This document shows positions 38,989 to 52,309 of a stretch of 64,000 nucleotides of DNA, piece by piece. The stretch's first letter is position 1. Each line of letters begins with the position of its first letter. The notes beneath the pieces were generated by a model. The model saw nothing but the letters and a program-made list of their open reading frames with translations. It was not told the origin of the DNA and searched no databases. A program made the position numbers and the translations under genes. Origin of the DNA: Lama guanicoe (taxonomy: Eukaryota); NCBI GenBank assembly GCA_013239625.1, contig MU056434.1:496001-560000 (forward strand), read 5' to 3'.

Positions 38989-39083
38989 CCCCTGAGTGGC
39001 TCCGCAGGATGGACACACATCGCCACTGCTCCACGTTGGCCAGCTCGCCGCTGGAGCCGAGCACGGTGCTGGGCCCGATGTAC
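38989..39083 (-). CDS. HIRA: HIRA exon 5 (YIGPSTVLGSSGELANVEQWRCVSILRSHSG)
   Basis: cag acceptor, gtgagt donor, 95 nt. Confidence 0.96.
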
Positions 39084-40209
39084 CTGCATGAAAGGGGGGT
39101 CAGGAGGGCGCCCCAGAACCCCGGCACCACACAGCAGACAGACAGACCGTGATTGCGGGGTGCCCCGCTGGAGAACAGGGCTGACTAGGCAAGGGAGGGT
39201 CTGTGCCCAGGGGGAACATCGCATAGCTGCCACGCAGGACCCGCCCTAGGGTATAACTAGTGACAGCAGCAGCCTGCAGGCCATCGTGGAGAACAGGAGA
39301 CCACACACACCATCCTCGCATGGAAGGTGGACCAGAAGGACACACAGGAAAAATTCCAACATATTAACCGTGGCTTTTCTTAGGTGGTGGGATTGTGGTG
39401 CTTTTCTTTAACATTTGTTCAGATTTCCGAATTGTGTACCAAATGTGCTGTTCATGTTGGCTAAGCAACAGCTTCAGGAGCAACTTTCCAGCCCTCCTGT
39501 AATGACTTGAACACCTCTGTCATCAGAGCTGAGGCACAGAAGTGCTCAGCCAGGGGCGTGGCTTCTGCCCCACAAGCAGTCCTGGGTCCTGCAGGTGTGG
39601 CATCAATGAGCCTCTTCACTCCTGTAAGTCCTCCTGAGCCCTAGGGAAGAGCTCACAGGAGCAGCTGGCTGGGCCGAAGGAGACAGTCTTTCCTTTCCAA
39701 GCCATGGCCAGAGGCCACTCCAGCTGAGCAGGAGGGGAGGGTCTGGTCCCCAGTCTGGTGGCCCCGGTGTCCCAGGACCCAGCCTGAGGGACTCGGCCTA
39801 GGTTCACAGGACAGTCTCCAGGAGGTGTGAGTGCATCATGGGTGCAGAACAGGGGTTTTTAGGGACAGCACGGGCTCCCCAGGACCCCAGGAGAGGCTGC
39901 CAGATAAAGGGGAACAGCCACAAGGGTGGCCCACACTCCTGCCCAGGATTCCGTCAGAGCACCCTGACTTCACCATCTGTGTTGGGGGCTTCATCTGAAG
40001 GACAGAACAAGGGAGCCACCGACGTCAGCCCCGGTAGGGATTAATCCTCCCTTTCAAGCAGAAGCCCTGCAGCCCCAAAAGGGGCACTGAGCAGGTCCCC
40101 AGGCAGCTGGGGGCACCTGCCTTCCTGCTCAGGCCCCAGTTGAGCCCTGGGGACTGGTGCCGGTAGGAGGAAAGTGCTGTGATGGAGACCAGCAAAGAAG
40201 CTTCTAAAA

Positions 40210-40390
40210 NNNNNNNNNNNNNNNNNNNNNNNNNNNNNNNNNNNNNNNNNNNNNNNNNNNNNNNNNNNNNNNNNNNNNNNNNNNNNNNNNNNNNNNNNNN
40301 NNNNNNNNNNNNNNNNNNNNNNNNNNNNNNNNNNNNNNNNNNNNNNNNNNNNNNNNNNNNNNNNNNNNNNNNNNNNNNNNNNNNNNNNNN
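40210..40390 (-). other. HIRA: Assembly gap (181 N), inferred to contain HIRA exon 4
   Basis: Expected exon-4 peptide (about CVNCVRWSNSGMYLASGGDDKLIMVWKRAT) not found between exons 2 and 5 in readable sequence; the gap is large enough. Confidence 0.5.
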
Positions 40391-41246
40391 TGCCATTTGG
40401 CAAGATGCAGAGGGTTCACAAAACCTAACCCGCCTCATCTCCTCCAGGCACCTGTGGTGTGAGGGCCCCCAAAGAACCACCCCGTTCAAGCACTGACCTA
40501 CTCATGCTGCAAGAATGAGCCAGAGCAAGGTCTGGAGGGGAAGCTATGTTATCTGAGAAGTGGCGGCGCTGGATCAGTCAGCAGAGGGAGGCTCATTTCC
40601 AGGGAAACTGATAAATAACTAAATCTCATCATTTCAAAAGGGCAGCCTAATGATGACAGTAGATCTTTCCAAGTAGAGAGAATTCTTGCAATGAGGGCAT
40701 TTGCTAAAAAGGTCTAGGTGCCTTTTCCAGAACTTTCAGGGGAGTGGCTTGGTAGAGCATAAAACTCTGACTCCAAGCCACCTATCAGCTCTTTTAAATC
40801 CAGATCTCCCAAACTTGTCAGCACTGCAGGTAGACTGGTCCTGCACTTATAAACTGAGAGCAGCAGAACCTCTCTGGTCCTGGTGGTTCAGGGCCTTGGG
40901 AAGCCCCGTGACAGGAGGGATGTTACAATGTGTGGTCCACACGTGGCCTGTGAGTGACTTGTGCTCCGGCCAGAGGACACCAAGGCCGGGAGAGCAGGAG
41001 GGTGCAGTGCAAAGGAAGGGGACACAATGGCTAGGGAGCATCTCAGGGAGGCGGTGAGGTGGGGACCAGAGCCAGGTACAGCTACCCTGAGGTGCAGGGG
41101 CTGGAGACCCAGGCATGAACACAGGACAGGAAACCACAACACTGTCCAAAGGCCACAGGTGCCAGCAGGGGCCCGGGAGCCACATGGTGGCCTTCTGAAA
41201 CTGTGGTGAGCTGTCTCTTGGGCACCCTTCCCCAGATCCCTACTGC

Positions 41247-41378
41247 NNNNNNNNNNNNNNNNNNNNNNNNNNNNNNNNNNNNNNNNNNNNNNNNNNNNNN
41301 NNNNNNNNNNNNNNNNNNNNNNNNNNNNNNNNNNNNNNNNNNNNNNNNNNNNNNNNNNNNNNNNNNNNNNNNNNNNNN
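41247..41378. other. Assembly gap (132 N), content unknown
   Basis: N run. Confidence 0.95.
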
Positions 41379-41493
41379 CCCAGGCGTGCAGCAGCATCTG
41401 TGCCTTCAGACGGCAGGCCGAGGGGGCTACCGCCGCACTAGTCACAGACACGCGTGCTAACCTTGGGCACTGTGCCGACACGCAAAGCCTGCA

Positions 41494-41633
41494 NNNNNNN
41501 NNNNNNNNNNNNNNNNNNNNNNNNNNNNNNNNNNNNNNNNNNNNNNNNNNNNNNNNNNNNNNNNNNNNNNNNNNNNNNNNNNNNNNNNNNNNNNNNNNNN
41601 NNNNNNNNNNNNNNNNNNNNNNNNNNNNNNNNN
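41494..41633 (-). other. HIRA: Assembly gap (140 N), inferred to contain HIRA exon 3
   Basis: Expected exon-3 peptide (about QDSGKVVIWNM...DNHLA) not found in readable sequence; on the minus strand a pyrimidine tract (tgggttgtttctgctcc) runs straight into the gap. Confidence 0.6.
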
Positions 41634-42879
41634 GGAGCAGAAACAACCCAATGTGTAAGGAGTGCCAGCAGGAGCCTGTGACTGTCTTCACTCAGCTGTC
41701 CCAAGTCAGGGGTAACCAGATCAGAGGAACCAGAATTGCTCACGGACATCACAGGCACAAGTAAGGGGAAATGCGGGCCAGGGATCAGAAATGGCAGACT
41801 CGGGAGGAGGCTGAGGACAGCCTGACTCTAAAGGAACAACCCTGGACTCAACTCCAGTCTGGCCTCTAGCACGGATCCACCAGGGGCCCCATGAAGGTCC
41901 TCACCCCCACCCAGGACACAGACCCTCATCTGTAATGCAAAGAGGCTGGAAAAGCCGACGTCCCGGAGTGTCCCCCGCTCTGCGCTCGGGCAGCCCAGCT
42001 GCTGCTCCCACAGCTGCCCGGATGCTTTGAGAACCAAGTCTGAAATGGGCCCTCACACAAGAGAGGGGACAGATCATGACCTCATCGGCCCCTTGCAGTC
42101 ACCTATAGATGGGACGTCAACTAAGAGGGCATTCAGGGTTCCTGGGGTCATAAGGTGATGTACACTCTGCTTTGCCTTTCCATAATGGCTTCTCTTTCTG
42201 ACTTCCGTTACTGACAACTGACAAAAGGGCAGCCCTCACCTAACTTTGTGTCATCAATGGCAGGACCTGAAAATGCCTGGAAATGGATGCGTCAAAATTT
42301 CCATTAAGCACACCTGAAGTTGCTACCTGGCCCGCTCAGCACACTTTCTGGGCGGCTCTCCTGGGCCTTCCTACACCGAGTAGGTGGGAGGTGCAGCTCC
42401 TCTGGCAGACAAGGAGAAAACCCCGGCCCCCCCAGCCAGGCCCAGAGCTCCTGGGTGATGCAGTGGAACTCAGTCGAGCTTCTCTGAGCCCAGAAAATGG
42501 GCCTAATAACTACATAACTGACTTCATTATTCAACCACCTCCTCCCTCCTGGGGTGAGAAAATGCTGCCGGAGCTCTGACAAGGGACCCAGAGCCCTTGC
42601 CTCCGGGGCCGGGCCACTCTCCATGCTCAATCAGGTTGGGCCCGGGATGTAGACTGATTTCAGTATTAACCCAATCAATAGGAGTCATGAAGATAAACCT
42701 GCCACCAAAATATTTACAGAGCACACTGGGGCCAAAAACAGGTTTTGAGGTGGCCTGTTCAGATGTAAACTGTCACATCCGTTCTGAAGATCAGCACATC
42801 CTCTTTCCAGCTCGTGGGCCACCGGGGGCAGTAGGGCACGGCAGCGGGCAGGAGCCCCTCTAGTGCTCTGTCAACATAC

Positions 42880-42942
42880 CTTGTCCTCCAGTTGCGAACT
42901 TGGTTCCGTCAGGGTGAATATCAACTGAAAAAATTGGCTTGC
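42880..42942 (-). CDS. HIRA: HIRA exon 2 (GKPIFSVDIHPDGTKFATGGQG), first WD40 repeat
   Basis: ttcttccag acceptor, gtatgt donor, 63 nt, phase continues exon 1. Confidence 0.97.
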
Positions 42943-44479
42943 CTGGAAGAAAGAAAAAAGAAATATAACATCTACCTTGCTTTTATTCACTGGAGAATAG
43001 ACACAGACTCAGCCATTTAAAATACTGGTCATTCAAACAATATCTTGAACCACTGCTCCTAGGAAGAAAAATAGGCCACTGGTAAATGACCTGTGAGTAA
43101 AGGGAGTGATTTAACTTTCAGTTAAAGTATAATCTGCTAAGACTCTCCAAGCGACTTCAAATAGCTGCAAGTCAGAAAGTGGGACAAAGCATCAATCACT
43201 GGAATGACCGAGCCTGCAGACCCAGGCACTCAGAGACAGACCCCTGGGACAAGACCCCGCCCCTCCCGGGGCGCACACTTATAAAGGCCACGAGCTCTTC
43301 GTGCCAACAGCCACACAACTGTGTGGCTTACACAGTGGTGCCATCTTCCCTCCCATAGGTCTGCACTTGGCCGGCAGCCCAGACACAGGGAACCTGCCCC
43401 AGCTTTCCCACCTGGCCCTCTGGCAGCTGGGCAGGACCAGTGGCGGCAAAGCAAGGCCCACTTCCCTCACCACGCTCCAGCTCCCTGGAGCCCTCCCGAG
43501 CATCTGCGTGGTGGCAAAGTCCACGGAGAGCCGGCCTTCTTGATGTAACCCTGCAGTAAGGGCTGGCATGAATGTCAGGACCAGGGGACGTGCATTCTTG
43601 CCCATGTTGGTCATCACGAGGTCGCAGGGGAAGCAGCTATGCACGGCCACCAGAGAACAGGCGCACCAAGTGTGAAGGCCTTCCTGTCTTGGGGAGCAAG
43701 GAGCAGTGCAAGGCAAGGCTGGGAATCACACCCCGCATTGTTTTGCTCCAGAACTTACTGAGTTCCAACAACACAGCTACGCAATAGGCCCTGGTCACGC
43801 TGGCGGCTCTGGCTTGGTCCCTGAGCCAGAGCTCCAGAGCGATAGCTCACATTCGGCCAGGTGGCAGCTGACCGGACCTGGGGCACATGTGGTGTGCTCA
43901 AAGTGGTTCCATGCTGGGAAATACAGCCCGGCTGCCCTGGGCACTGGTTCTAAGGGCTCACGAGACGGGCCTGACACAGCCTGCACTTGCACCTGCACCA
44001 GCAGCAGAAAGCGGTCAAAGGCCCAAGGAGAGCCCGCCTGCCAGACGGTGCAGACCCCAGTAGTCCCACCTTAACCTTCAGGAGAAGGGCCTGTCCGTTG
44101 GCTACAGGAGGGCCGTGCAGAGAGCACGGGGAAGGGACTGGAGGCGTCATCACTCAGGCTGGCAGGGCCACACCCTCCTGGGCCAGGGTCTGCCAGCTGC
44201 CACTGAGAACGTGCCACCCTCCCCACAGGCTGACGGCTGGAGGAAGCAGTTGTGAGAAGGAGGTGGCTGCCTCTCTGGGCCATGAGGAGTGCACCTCAGG
44301 AAGGGCTAGAGAGACAGGAGGGTTGGGGCTGTGGGACTGCAAGACCACAGTGCCAAGACCCAACCAGGATCCTGCCGGACACCAGAACGACCAGCTGGCA
44401 CCCCCTTAGGAAAGGCAGAAGAGCAGATATCTCAAGGGTGGTGAGGAGGGCGGTGGGGGAGCCTGGAGGTTTTAGCTAA

Positions 44480-44812
44480 TAGAAGCAACAGAAGCAGTGT
44501 GGCGGCACTTGTGGCCTTAAGGGAGGCCCAGCAGCCCAGCACCTGCGCTCTGGAGAGAGCCAGCTGCTATGCAGGGAGTCCGGACACCCTGAGACCACTG
44601 TGCTGAGGGAGGTCCTAGCTGTCCACACCGAGAGGACCGAAGAACCCAGTCCCCCGTGAGAACTAAGGCCTGGGACACAGGACCCCAGGCTTCTAGCCCC
44701 AGGCTGCCTGACCCCCACAGGTTCCATGAGGAGCCTTGCCTATGTGCAGAATCACAAGCAATGAAACCGGGGCTTTAAGCTGGCAGGTCTGTTATACAGG
44801 AGATAACCCAAG
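44480..44812 (+). mobile_element. Possible MaLR (MLT1) LTR remnant
   Basis: ctttaagctgg...gtctgttatacaggagataaccca resembles an MLT1 3' terminus. Confidence 0.35.
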
Positions 44813-45092
44813 ATGCCAATTCAGTCACTTTTCTGCTTAAGCCAAACTGCGCTGGGGATTTCTCATTTTAACCAAAAAAGTTCAGCTGAGCCAGCATTGG
44901 TCTTTGTAAGGCATCAGCAAGGACCACCCGGGCCCTCGGAGCGCCTTTCAGCTCCTGAAGTCTGTGAGCTGCAGGGTGTTTCCTCGAGGAGAACTTACCC
45001 ACCAGTCAGCCCGACTCCTCGAGAGTACACAGAGCCTGGGAGGCTGACGGGGGCTCCGCTGCCCGGATCCTTCCCACCACACCCACTCTGAC

Positions 45093-45642
45093 AAAAAAGA
45101 GAATCACCTATGACCCAGCAGTTCCACTTTTGGATTTATACACAGAAGAACTGAAATTAGAGTCTCAAAGAATATTTGTACATCTACCTTCATAGCAGTA
45201 TTAGTCACAGTAGCTAAGAGGTGGAAGCAACCCAAGTTGTCTATTGATGGATGAATGGGTAAGTAAAATGGGGGTCCAACCACATGATGGAATATTACTC
45301 AGCAATGAAAAGGAAATTCTGACACAAGATACAATATGCATGAACCTTGAAGACATGTTAGTTAACATAAGCCACTCACAAGCACAGATACTGCATGATT
45401 CCACTTACATGAAGTTCCTACAGTTTCAAGTTCACAGAGACAGAAAGTAGAAGGGGGTTTGCCAGGGGCTGGGGGCGGGGTGGGGAGTTGCTGCTTCAAG
45501 GGCACGGAGTTTCAGTTTAGTGAGATGAAAGGTTCTGAGGACCCGTTGTGCAACATGAATGTATGGAACACTACTGAATTACAGGTTAAAAGATGGTTAA
45601 GATGGTAAATTTTATGTTTATTTTGTGACTACTTAAAAAAAT
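45093..45642 (+). mobile_element. L1MB-like 3' end
   Basis: tatgacccagcagttccacttttgg, ggaagcaacccaag, gagacagaaagtagaa, gatggtaaattttatg plus A tail. Confidence 0.9.
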
Positions 45643-47182
45643 GCTAACCAAAATCAAACCAAACCAAACCAATATGTATATAAGCTGGAGGGGCCTGGGA
45701 GGGAGGTGGGTGTGGCTGTAAAAAATGTGGAACTAATCGGTCTTGACTGTGGCGCATCCACGAACCTACACACAGTGAAAATGAGCGCAGGACTTGCTTA
45801 TCGGCCATGTCCACACAGACAAGCGCCACAAATAAATGTGGGAAAATCAGCGTAAGATTCTGGAGTCTGCCAGTGTTCATGTGACATTACACTCCAGTTG
45901 GGCAAAATGTGACCACTGGGAGAAACTGGGCAAAACATACAGAGACTCTCTCTGTGAGGGACAAACACATACACAGTCTGTTTTCTAAAGGCTGTGTATA
46001 TGCATGTGTATAACACAAAGGTAATTAACACAGCTAAATATCAAAACACCAGTGGCTGTCATAACAAAACCGATCCTTTTCTTGTGCAGGAGGGGCTATA
46101 ACGAGAACCTCCTGGGGAGACTCCTGCCCCATTGCTCTCGGGGGCAGGTACCTATCCAGCTGCCACTGGCCTCTCATCCTAAACTTCATCACAACATAAC
46201 TGCTGGTCTTTCCAGCCCAAACCTGCCCACCTTGGACAGGAGAACAATAAGCCCTCACAACAGCTTGCACAACTCGCTGCAACTTCCCTGGCCTCATCTG
46301 CTGGCCCCTGGCCCCTCTCTGCTCTCAGATGGCATGGGGTGCTACCATGCAGCACCCAACCCAGCCTGGTCCTCTCTCTGAGGCCCACCCTAACCTCCCT
46401 CCCTGAAAGCACTCCCTCCCCAGCCCCTGGAGCAACCTCTTGCACACGTATAGTTTCCTCCACTGGACGTCTGTCCACTCTACCCACCGGAAGGTCTGTG
46501 CCAAGAGCTTAGTGATGTGGTCTGTTTCAGCCATGGCGCGGTCCCCAGGACCTAGTGGCTGGGCACACAGTTGGCGCTCAGTAAACACCTGCTGTTGTTC
46601 GTGGCTGAGAAGGCCCAGAGCAAAGATCCCAGATTCTAACACTCCTCAGTACCACTGGCACCCTGATATCAGGAAGGCAGGCTCCTGCTCTCCCAAGGAG
46701 GGGACTCAGGCTAGTGTCTGAGTGTCTGTGGCTGTCATCTCTCCCGCTATCAACCACAACGACCTCTCCAGTCCCCTCAGGTCAGCGCAACCACAGGGAC
46801 ATGTCAGGGTGCCAGGTGCCTGAGAGCGCACACAGCACAGGAAGGAAGCTGTAGCAACCCCGTGACCGTTTTCTGTTGTTTTTGCCACGAATTAGAGTTG
46901 AAGAAAGTGACAGGTACATCGTGTGCAAACCTTACTCACTCCTGCAGCTTCTGCCAACATATAATCAAGAAAGTTCTGGTGTTTCCTCATACTCTTTTCT
47001 CCTCTAATTTTACAGAACAGAGATATTCCCTGAAAATTATCTGCAAGATGAAGTTCCATAAATACAGTCATCTCTCCTACCTGGTTCCATTAGAAAGTTA
47101 AGAGCGACTGAAACAACACCCCTCCCCATAGGGGGAAAATCTGTTAGCTTAACAACCACACAGTGAAGAAAATGATGCTACA

Positions 47183-47385
47183 GTTAATATTGTATCATAT
47201 ATTTGACAGTTGCTAAGAGAGTAAATCTTAAAAGTTCTCATCAAGAAAAAATAATCCTGTAACTATGTGAGGTGACAGATGTTAAATAGACTCACTGTGA
47301 TCATTTTGCAACATATACAAATATCGAATCATTACGTTGTACACCTGAAACTAATACAATGTTGTTTATCAATTTAAAAAAAGAA
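47183..47385 (+). mobile_element. L1MA9-like 3' end
   Basis: gttgctaagagagtaaatcttaaaagttctcatc...gttgtacacctgaaactaatacaatgttg plus A tail; degenerate TSD agaaaatgatgctaca / agaaaaatagatctaca. Confidence 0.8.
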
Positions 47386-50300
47386 AAATAGATCTACAAT
47401 ATTATTTATATGGAAGATGCAGTGGAAACACTTTAGCTGTCTGAAGGGAGGCTATTCAAAAAAAAATAAAAACCCAATGGATTTGCAATGATATTGGGCA
47501 TTGGGCTAAGACTTTAAGCAATTCAGATATTTTTATAATCTGGTATACATAATAAATAGCACCAAATTACCCTCTTATATTTTCCAAATGGTCTGAGAGA
47601 CCACATAAAAAAGTTTTAACAATGTATTCTTTTTGCATTTTCTCATTTTTCCTACACTGAACAGGTATTACTTTTATTAAAAAATTATTTTATATTTTCC
47701 GAATGACAAGTATCAAACCACAAAGTGCTTCATTATCCAGATCCGCACACAACATTAAGGCATCCTAGTAAAATCAGATTTGGCAACTGTCACAGCCAAA
47801 AAGAGAAGGAGCCACCCTGTTTCTCAACAGCAGTCTGAGTCCAGGATGGAGACCAAGTCCGAGAAGGAGCCCTAGCTGGAGCCAGAGCGTCTGGCAGGGC
47901 AAGACCCGGGCGGGCAGTCTGGGAAGGCCCTGTGCGGTCTGCTCCCTCCCTCCCTAGCTGCCCCTTTCCCAGTCTCACTGATTCCATGGGGTCCCCTTTG
48001 CCCCCTTACCTCACACCCCACATTTGACCTCGCGACTCCACATTCACTGGAACTTTCTGGGGAGGAGGAAACGTTCCAAATCTCTGATGGGGGAACACGT
48101 GTTTGTGAAAACACATCACATAGTAGGCTTAATGCCTGTGCATTTCACTATGTAAATTACACATACAAACACGCGTGTAATGCTCCCAATGCTCATGACA
48201 CTCTGGGTCCAGCCCTCTCTCAGCCGCCAACACCACCTGGTCACCCTGCCCAGACCAGGGCTGCAGCCTTGCGGCAAGTTCCCCTTTGCCCCCTTGCCCG
48301 CTGAGTCCCAGCACAGAAAGACCTCTAAGACCCTCCTCAGGCCGCCTTCCTCCTCTGCGCCCATCATGCTGAGAACCAGTGCCCACGGGTCCTGGGTACT
48401 GTCGGTTCCAGCTCCGCCACCATCCCGACTCCTCCTCAAACCCACCAGGCAATTTCTGGCTCCTCCCTCAGCCGGCACCCTCTCTCACCTCCACCAGGCC
48501 TATGTGGTGGCCACTGTGCCCGTCCAGGGGCCCTCCCTCTAGGAATAAAGCCCCCCAGGAGCTCCTCAGTAATTCTCCACTCACAACAAGGTCTCTGCTC
48601 ACATGTGCCACAAAGCACTGCATTTAAAACTCTCCCCACCACCTCTACCCCAGGCTCACCTGTCTGCTGCTTCTCCCACACCCACCCGCCCACCACTGTG
48701 ACGCCCCATTTGTGATGCCCCCAGTACGCCCCTCCTGGCATCCCCTTCTTACACAGGACGCCCCGCAGATGCCCTCCCAGTCTCACTGCCTAGTCCACGT
48801 GCAGCCCCCCACCTCGCCCCACAATCACTCTCATGACCTGCTGAGGGGATGAATTCATCGAGTGCCCTTCTGTGCGGGAACTGCTGGAGGGTGCAGAGAC
48901 CAGGAGTCCGCTTGGATGAAGGCCTATCCTGGCCCTCGAGTGAGCTGTGCTGCCTTCTGTCTGCTCCCCACTGCCGGGGCTATGGCCAGGCAGCTTCCTT
49001 GCCCTGGGTTGGCTAATGCATCAAGGCAGGTATTGCTTTCAAAAGCAGCAAGTTTTGACCTAAATGGGTTTTTATTTTGCCAGCATTTGCGATCTGTTTT
49101 GTTTCATCGATGCCCCCTCCTGAAAGAACAGCAAGACACAACTATGTAAGTGGGCTCCCTGGGGAGGACCTGGGTGAAATGTGTCCCTGCGTCACTGGAA
49201 CCCCCACCGGACTCCACCACAAGGTCTGACGTATTTGTGGCACCAGCCAGAATGAACAGCAAGTTTTATGAAACAAGTAACTCTACCAGTCAAGGCAGCA
49301 GACATGGTGGGCTACATGTCTGCCGGCCACCTCCCATCCACCTCCTGCGCACTCAGTTACTGCGTGCCCCTGAGCTGCTGGCCTGGCTCAGCGCTCTGAG
49401 GGCTTACTTTCAGTGGTGTGGTCAGCTACCTCTGGCTACAGCAGATGTCAGCAGGTAGCAGGGACCGTGTGAGGGAGGGTGCGGGACCGAGCTGGCCCCA
49501 GCAGGCAAATGGGGCCGACTCAAAGTCCACGACTAGGGCATAGCTCCCCCACCCCCCCAGTTCCTCCCTGAGAACATTCTGCTGATACCCCTCGACTGGA
49601 GGACTCTCAAAAACCAAATGCCAGAGAAGGTGCACTGGGCACCTCAACAGAAAGCCCTGGCCCCCTGAGTGCCAGAAGCAGCCCTGCCTGGGGGGTTCTG
49701 GTCCCAAGCTGCACCCCGTGGTTTCTGAGGCTATTCCCAAGGAGGAAAGGTAGCCCAGCTCTCCAAGCCGAAGGGGCCAGCCTCAGCACTGAGACCTCTG
49801 CTTGGTTCCAGCTTGCTCCCCTAGTGACCAAGCAGGTGAAGGTAATGCAGGGCCCTCACCTCTGGTCTGGCCCCGGGGGTCCCCCACCTCACTCAACCTA
49901 CGCTTCCTTCTGCAAACTGTCCTGTCAGAGGTGCTACAGGTCACAGAAGCACCACGGATAACCCAGGAGCTCACAGCCAGTCCTAAGAAGGGTCAGCTTC
50001 AAGGTGCTCTGGTGAGCAGCTCAAGGAGCCCCGACTTTCCACCCTCCCCTCCTGTCCTGCCATGTGGGCCCATCCTTGCGGTCACAGGCTGGCTGCCACA
50101 CGCAGGGTAGGGGAGTCCCGAGGAGAGATGGGATGGGCGGCTCAAGCACCCCTTCTTCCCCGACTCCCCACGAGCCCCCAGCAGCACCCCTCCTAGTCGT
50201 ACCGGCTGGAACGGCCCCCCTGTGCCTGGTCCCCAACTTGTCCCTGGCCGTCACCCACACTCCGGCTTAGGGCCATCAAGACTTGCCCCTGCAGCAGAAG

Positions 50301-52097
50301 GCAGACACGTGCTCACATCCCTGCTCCGTCCCACTCCCACAGAGCTTTCAGCTCCCTCCCGAGGCTCTCAGCCCTCCTCCATCCAGCCTCTGCCTTCACG
50401 GTCCTCCGGTCCTCCTGGGTCCAGACTCAGCCCAAGGGCGCACCAACAAACCAGGCCCTCCTTCCTGGGGCTGCCATCTGCCCTGATTCTGGAGCATGGC
50501 CTGTTCCCCTTCCTCCTAGCACACAGCTTCCTCATCACCTCTGATCTCCAGAACTTCTCTCCAGAGGGATCCAATGTCTGGTGCATAAGTCAGTGAAAAC
50601 GCCACAAGTGGGTTACCCACAGCAAACTCCACCCACACTTCTTCTGAATCTTCTCCAGATGAAACCTGGTTATTTTTTAAATCAACCCACTGTCTTCAGG
50701 CATAAGACAGTGAGAGACTGTGAAGAGAGCTTGCATCTCCTGAGCCCTTGCCGGTGAGCAGCTGTTACCGGCCTCATGAAACCGACCCGTGTGAGATGTG
50801 TCGAGAACCTTCTGTGACACACACTTGCTGAGCAGCAGAGCATGGAGACTCAAGAGCAGGACTACATGATTCCAGAATAAAAGGCACAACTCTTGTCTCC
50901 AAGAAGCTTACGACCTAGTTGGAAGGATGAGACAAACAGGTGAAAAGGCAGGTAACTGTAAAGCTTTCCTTGCCCAGAGCACTTTCTCAGCCAGGCACCG
51001 CCACGTGCTCACGGGGGAGTGTCTTCTGTGCTGCAGTGTGACCAGCAGCCATCCCGTGCTCCTTCTACTGGACACCAGCAGCAACCTTCCTGCTGGGAAA
51101 CCAAGAACATCTCCAGACAACGGCCGGCCGAGGACCCCTGGTCTGAGCAACCGCCCGGTTTATCTTAATGACTCTGTGATCACAACGTGTCAGTCTGGGT
51201 CCCTCCTCGCCCGTTCACCAAGATAGGTCTGCAGAGGCCCCAGTAGCTGTGTGGGGCCTGTCCACACCCGACCTGGCTCCATTGTTGCACCACCCTTCCC
51301 CACACTCCCCCTTCCCCAAGATGCGGTGTGTCTCAGCAGGGCGTCTTCAATCCTTCGTGGAGTGAGACAGGGCAGGGAAATAATCCGATCACAGGACAGA
51401 GAAAACACACACCTACAGCAATGTGATTAACTGACAAATCATCCCATTATAGAAAACTGGCCAAACACCTTTCTACAACACTGCCATCAAAGTGTGAGCC
51501 AGAGGCCAAAGGAGGACGAGGTCTTTCAGTCCCCGACCTTCTGGTTAGAATGGGCTTCACTGCAGAGCTGCACACAAACCCCGTGAGAATTCCAGAAGGA
51601 CTCTCAAGAACGAAGACCCAGGGACGTGAAGAACCGTGAATCTCAATAAAATTTTCTCAACGTACAAATACATTTTTCTACAACCAAAAGCCCAAACTGC
51701 TTTCACTTTCTGACCAATACATGGTCATAACCTAACTTAGAAATGAACCTTATTTTGGCCAAGCCTAAAATAAAATATTAACGGAATACTACAGCCAAGA
51801 ACAGAGTAAACCAGGTGGCTGTGTGACAACAGTGCCTAACATATGACTTCCGTGTACACGAGAAGCATCATCAGCTCTTGCTGCACATCTTAATCAAAGA
51901 CAGTCTTTTACATCTGGGACGGCGAAATGCAGGGAGGAGCACGTTTCTTCAGCTTTAGCGAGGCCCAGAAGTGGAGCCACAAGTGCAAGACTTAAAGCTG
52001 ATAAACGATGGTGTGTGGTAGTCAGTCTGATTCCAAGTTCAAGGCTCGTTACTGTGATATGACTTAAAGATCTATGAACTTCCTGATCACCTTAGAA

Positions 52098-52309
52098 CAG
52101 TGATTCTCAGATGGGGATGATCTGGCCAACAGGAACACTGGCAACATTTGGAGACACTTTCAATTGTCACAACAGGGTATGTGTGTGAAGGTGCTACTGG
52201 CATTGGGTGGGGAGAGGCCAGGGACGCTGCCAACGTCCCAAAACATGCAGGCTGGTCTCTACGACAACATGGTCCAAAATGTCCACAGCGCAGAGACTGA
52301 GAAACCCTG
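52098..52309. mobile_element. MER20 (hAT-Charlie) DNA transposon, near full length
   Basis: Termini cagtgattctca...tgagaaaccctg; internal ggtgctactggcatt...gaggccagggacgctgc; 8-bp TSD ccttagaa / ccttagag. Confidence 0.9.

Noticed and set aside
40025-41758. ORFs in the track that span X runs
   Set aside because: Artefacts of translating through N gaps
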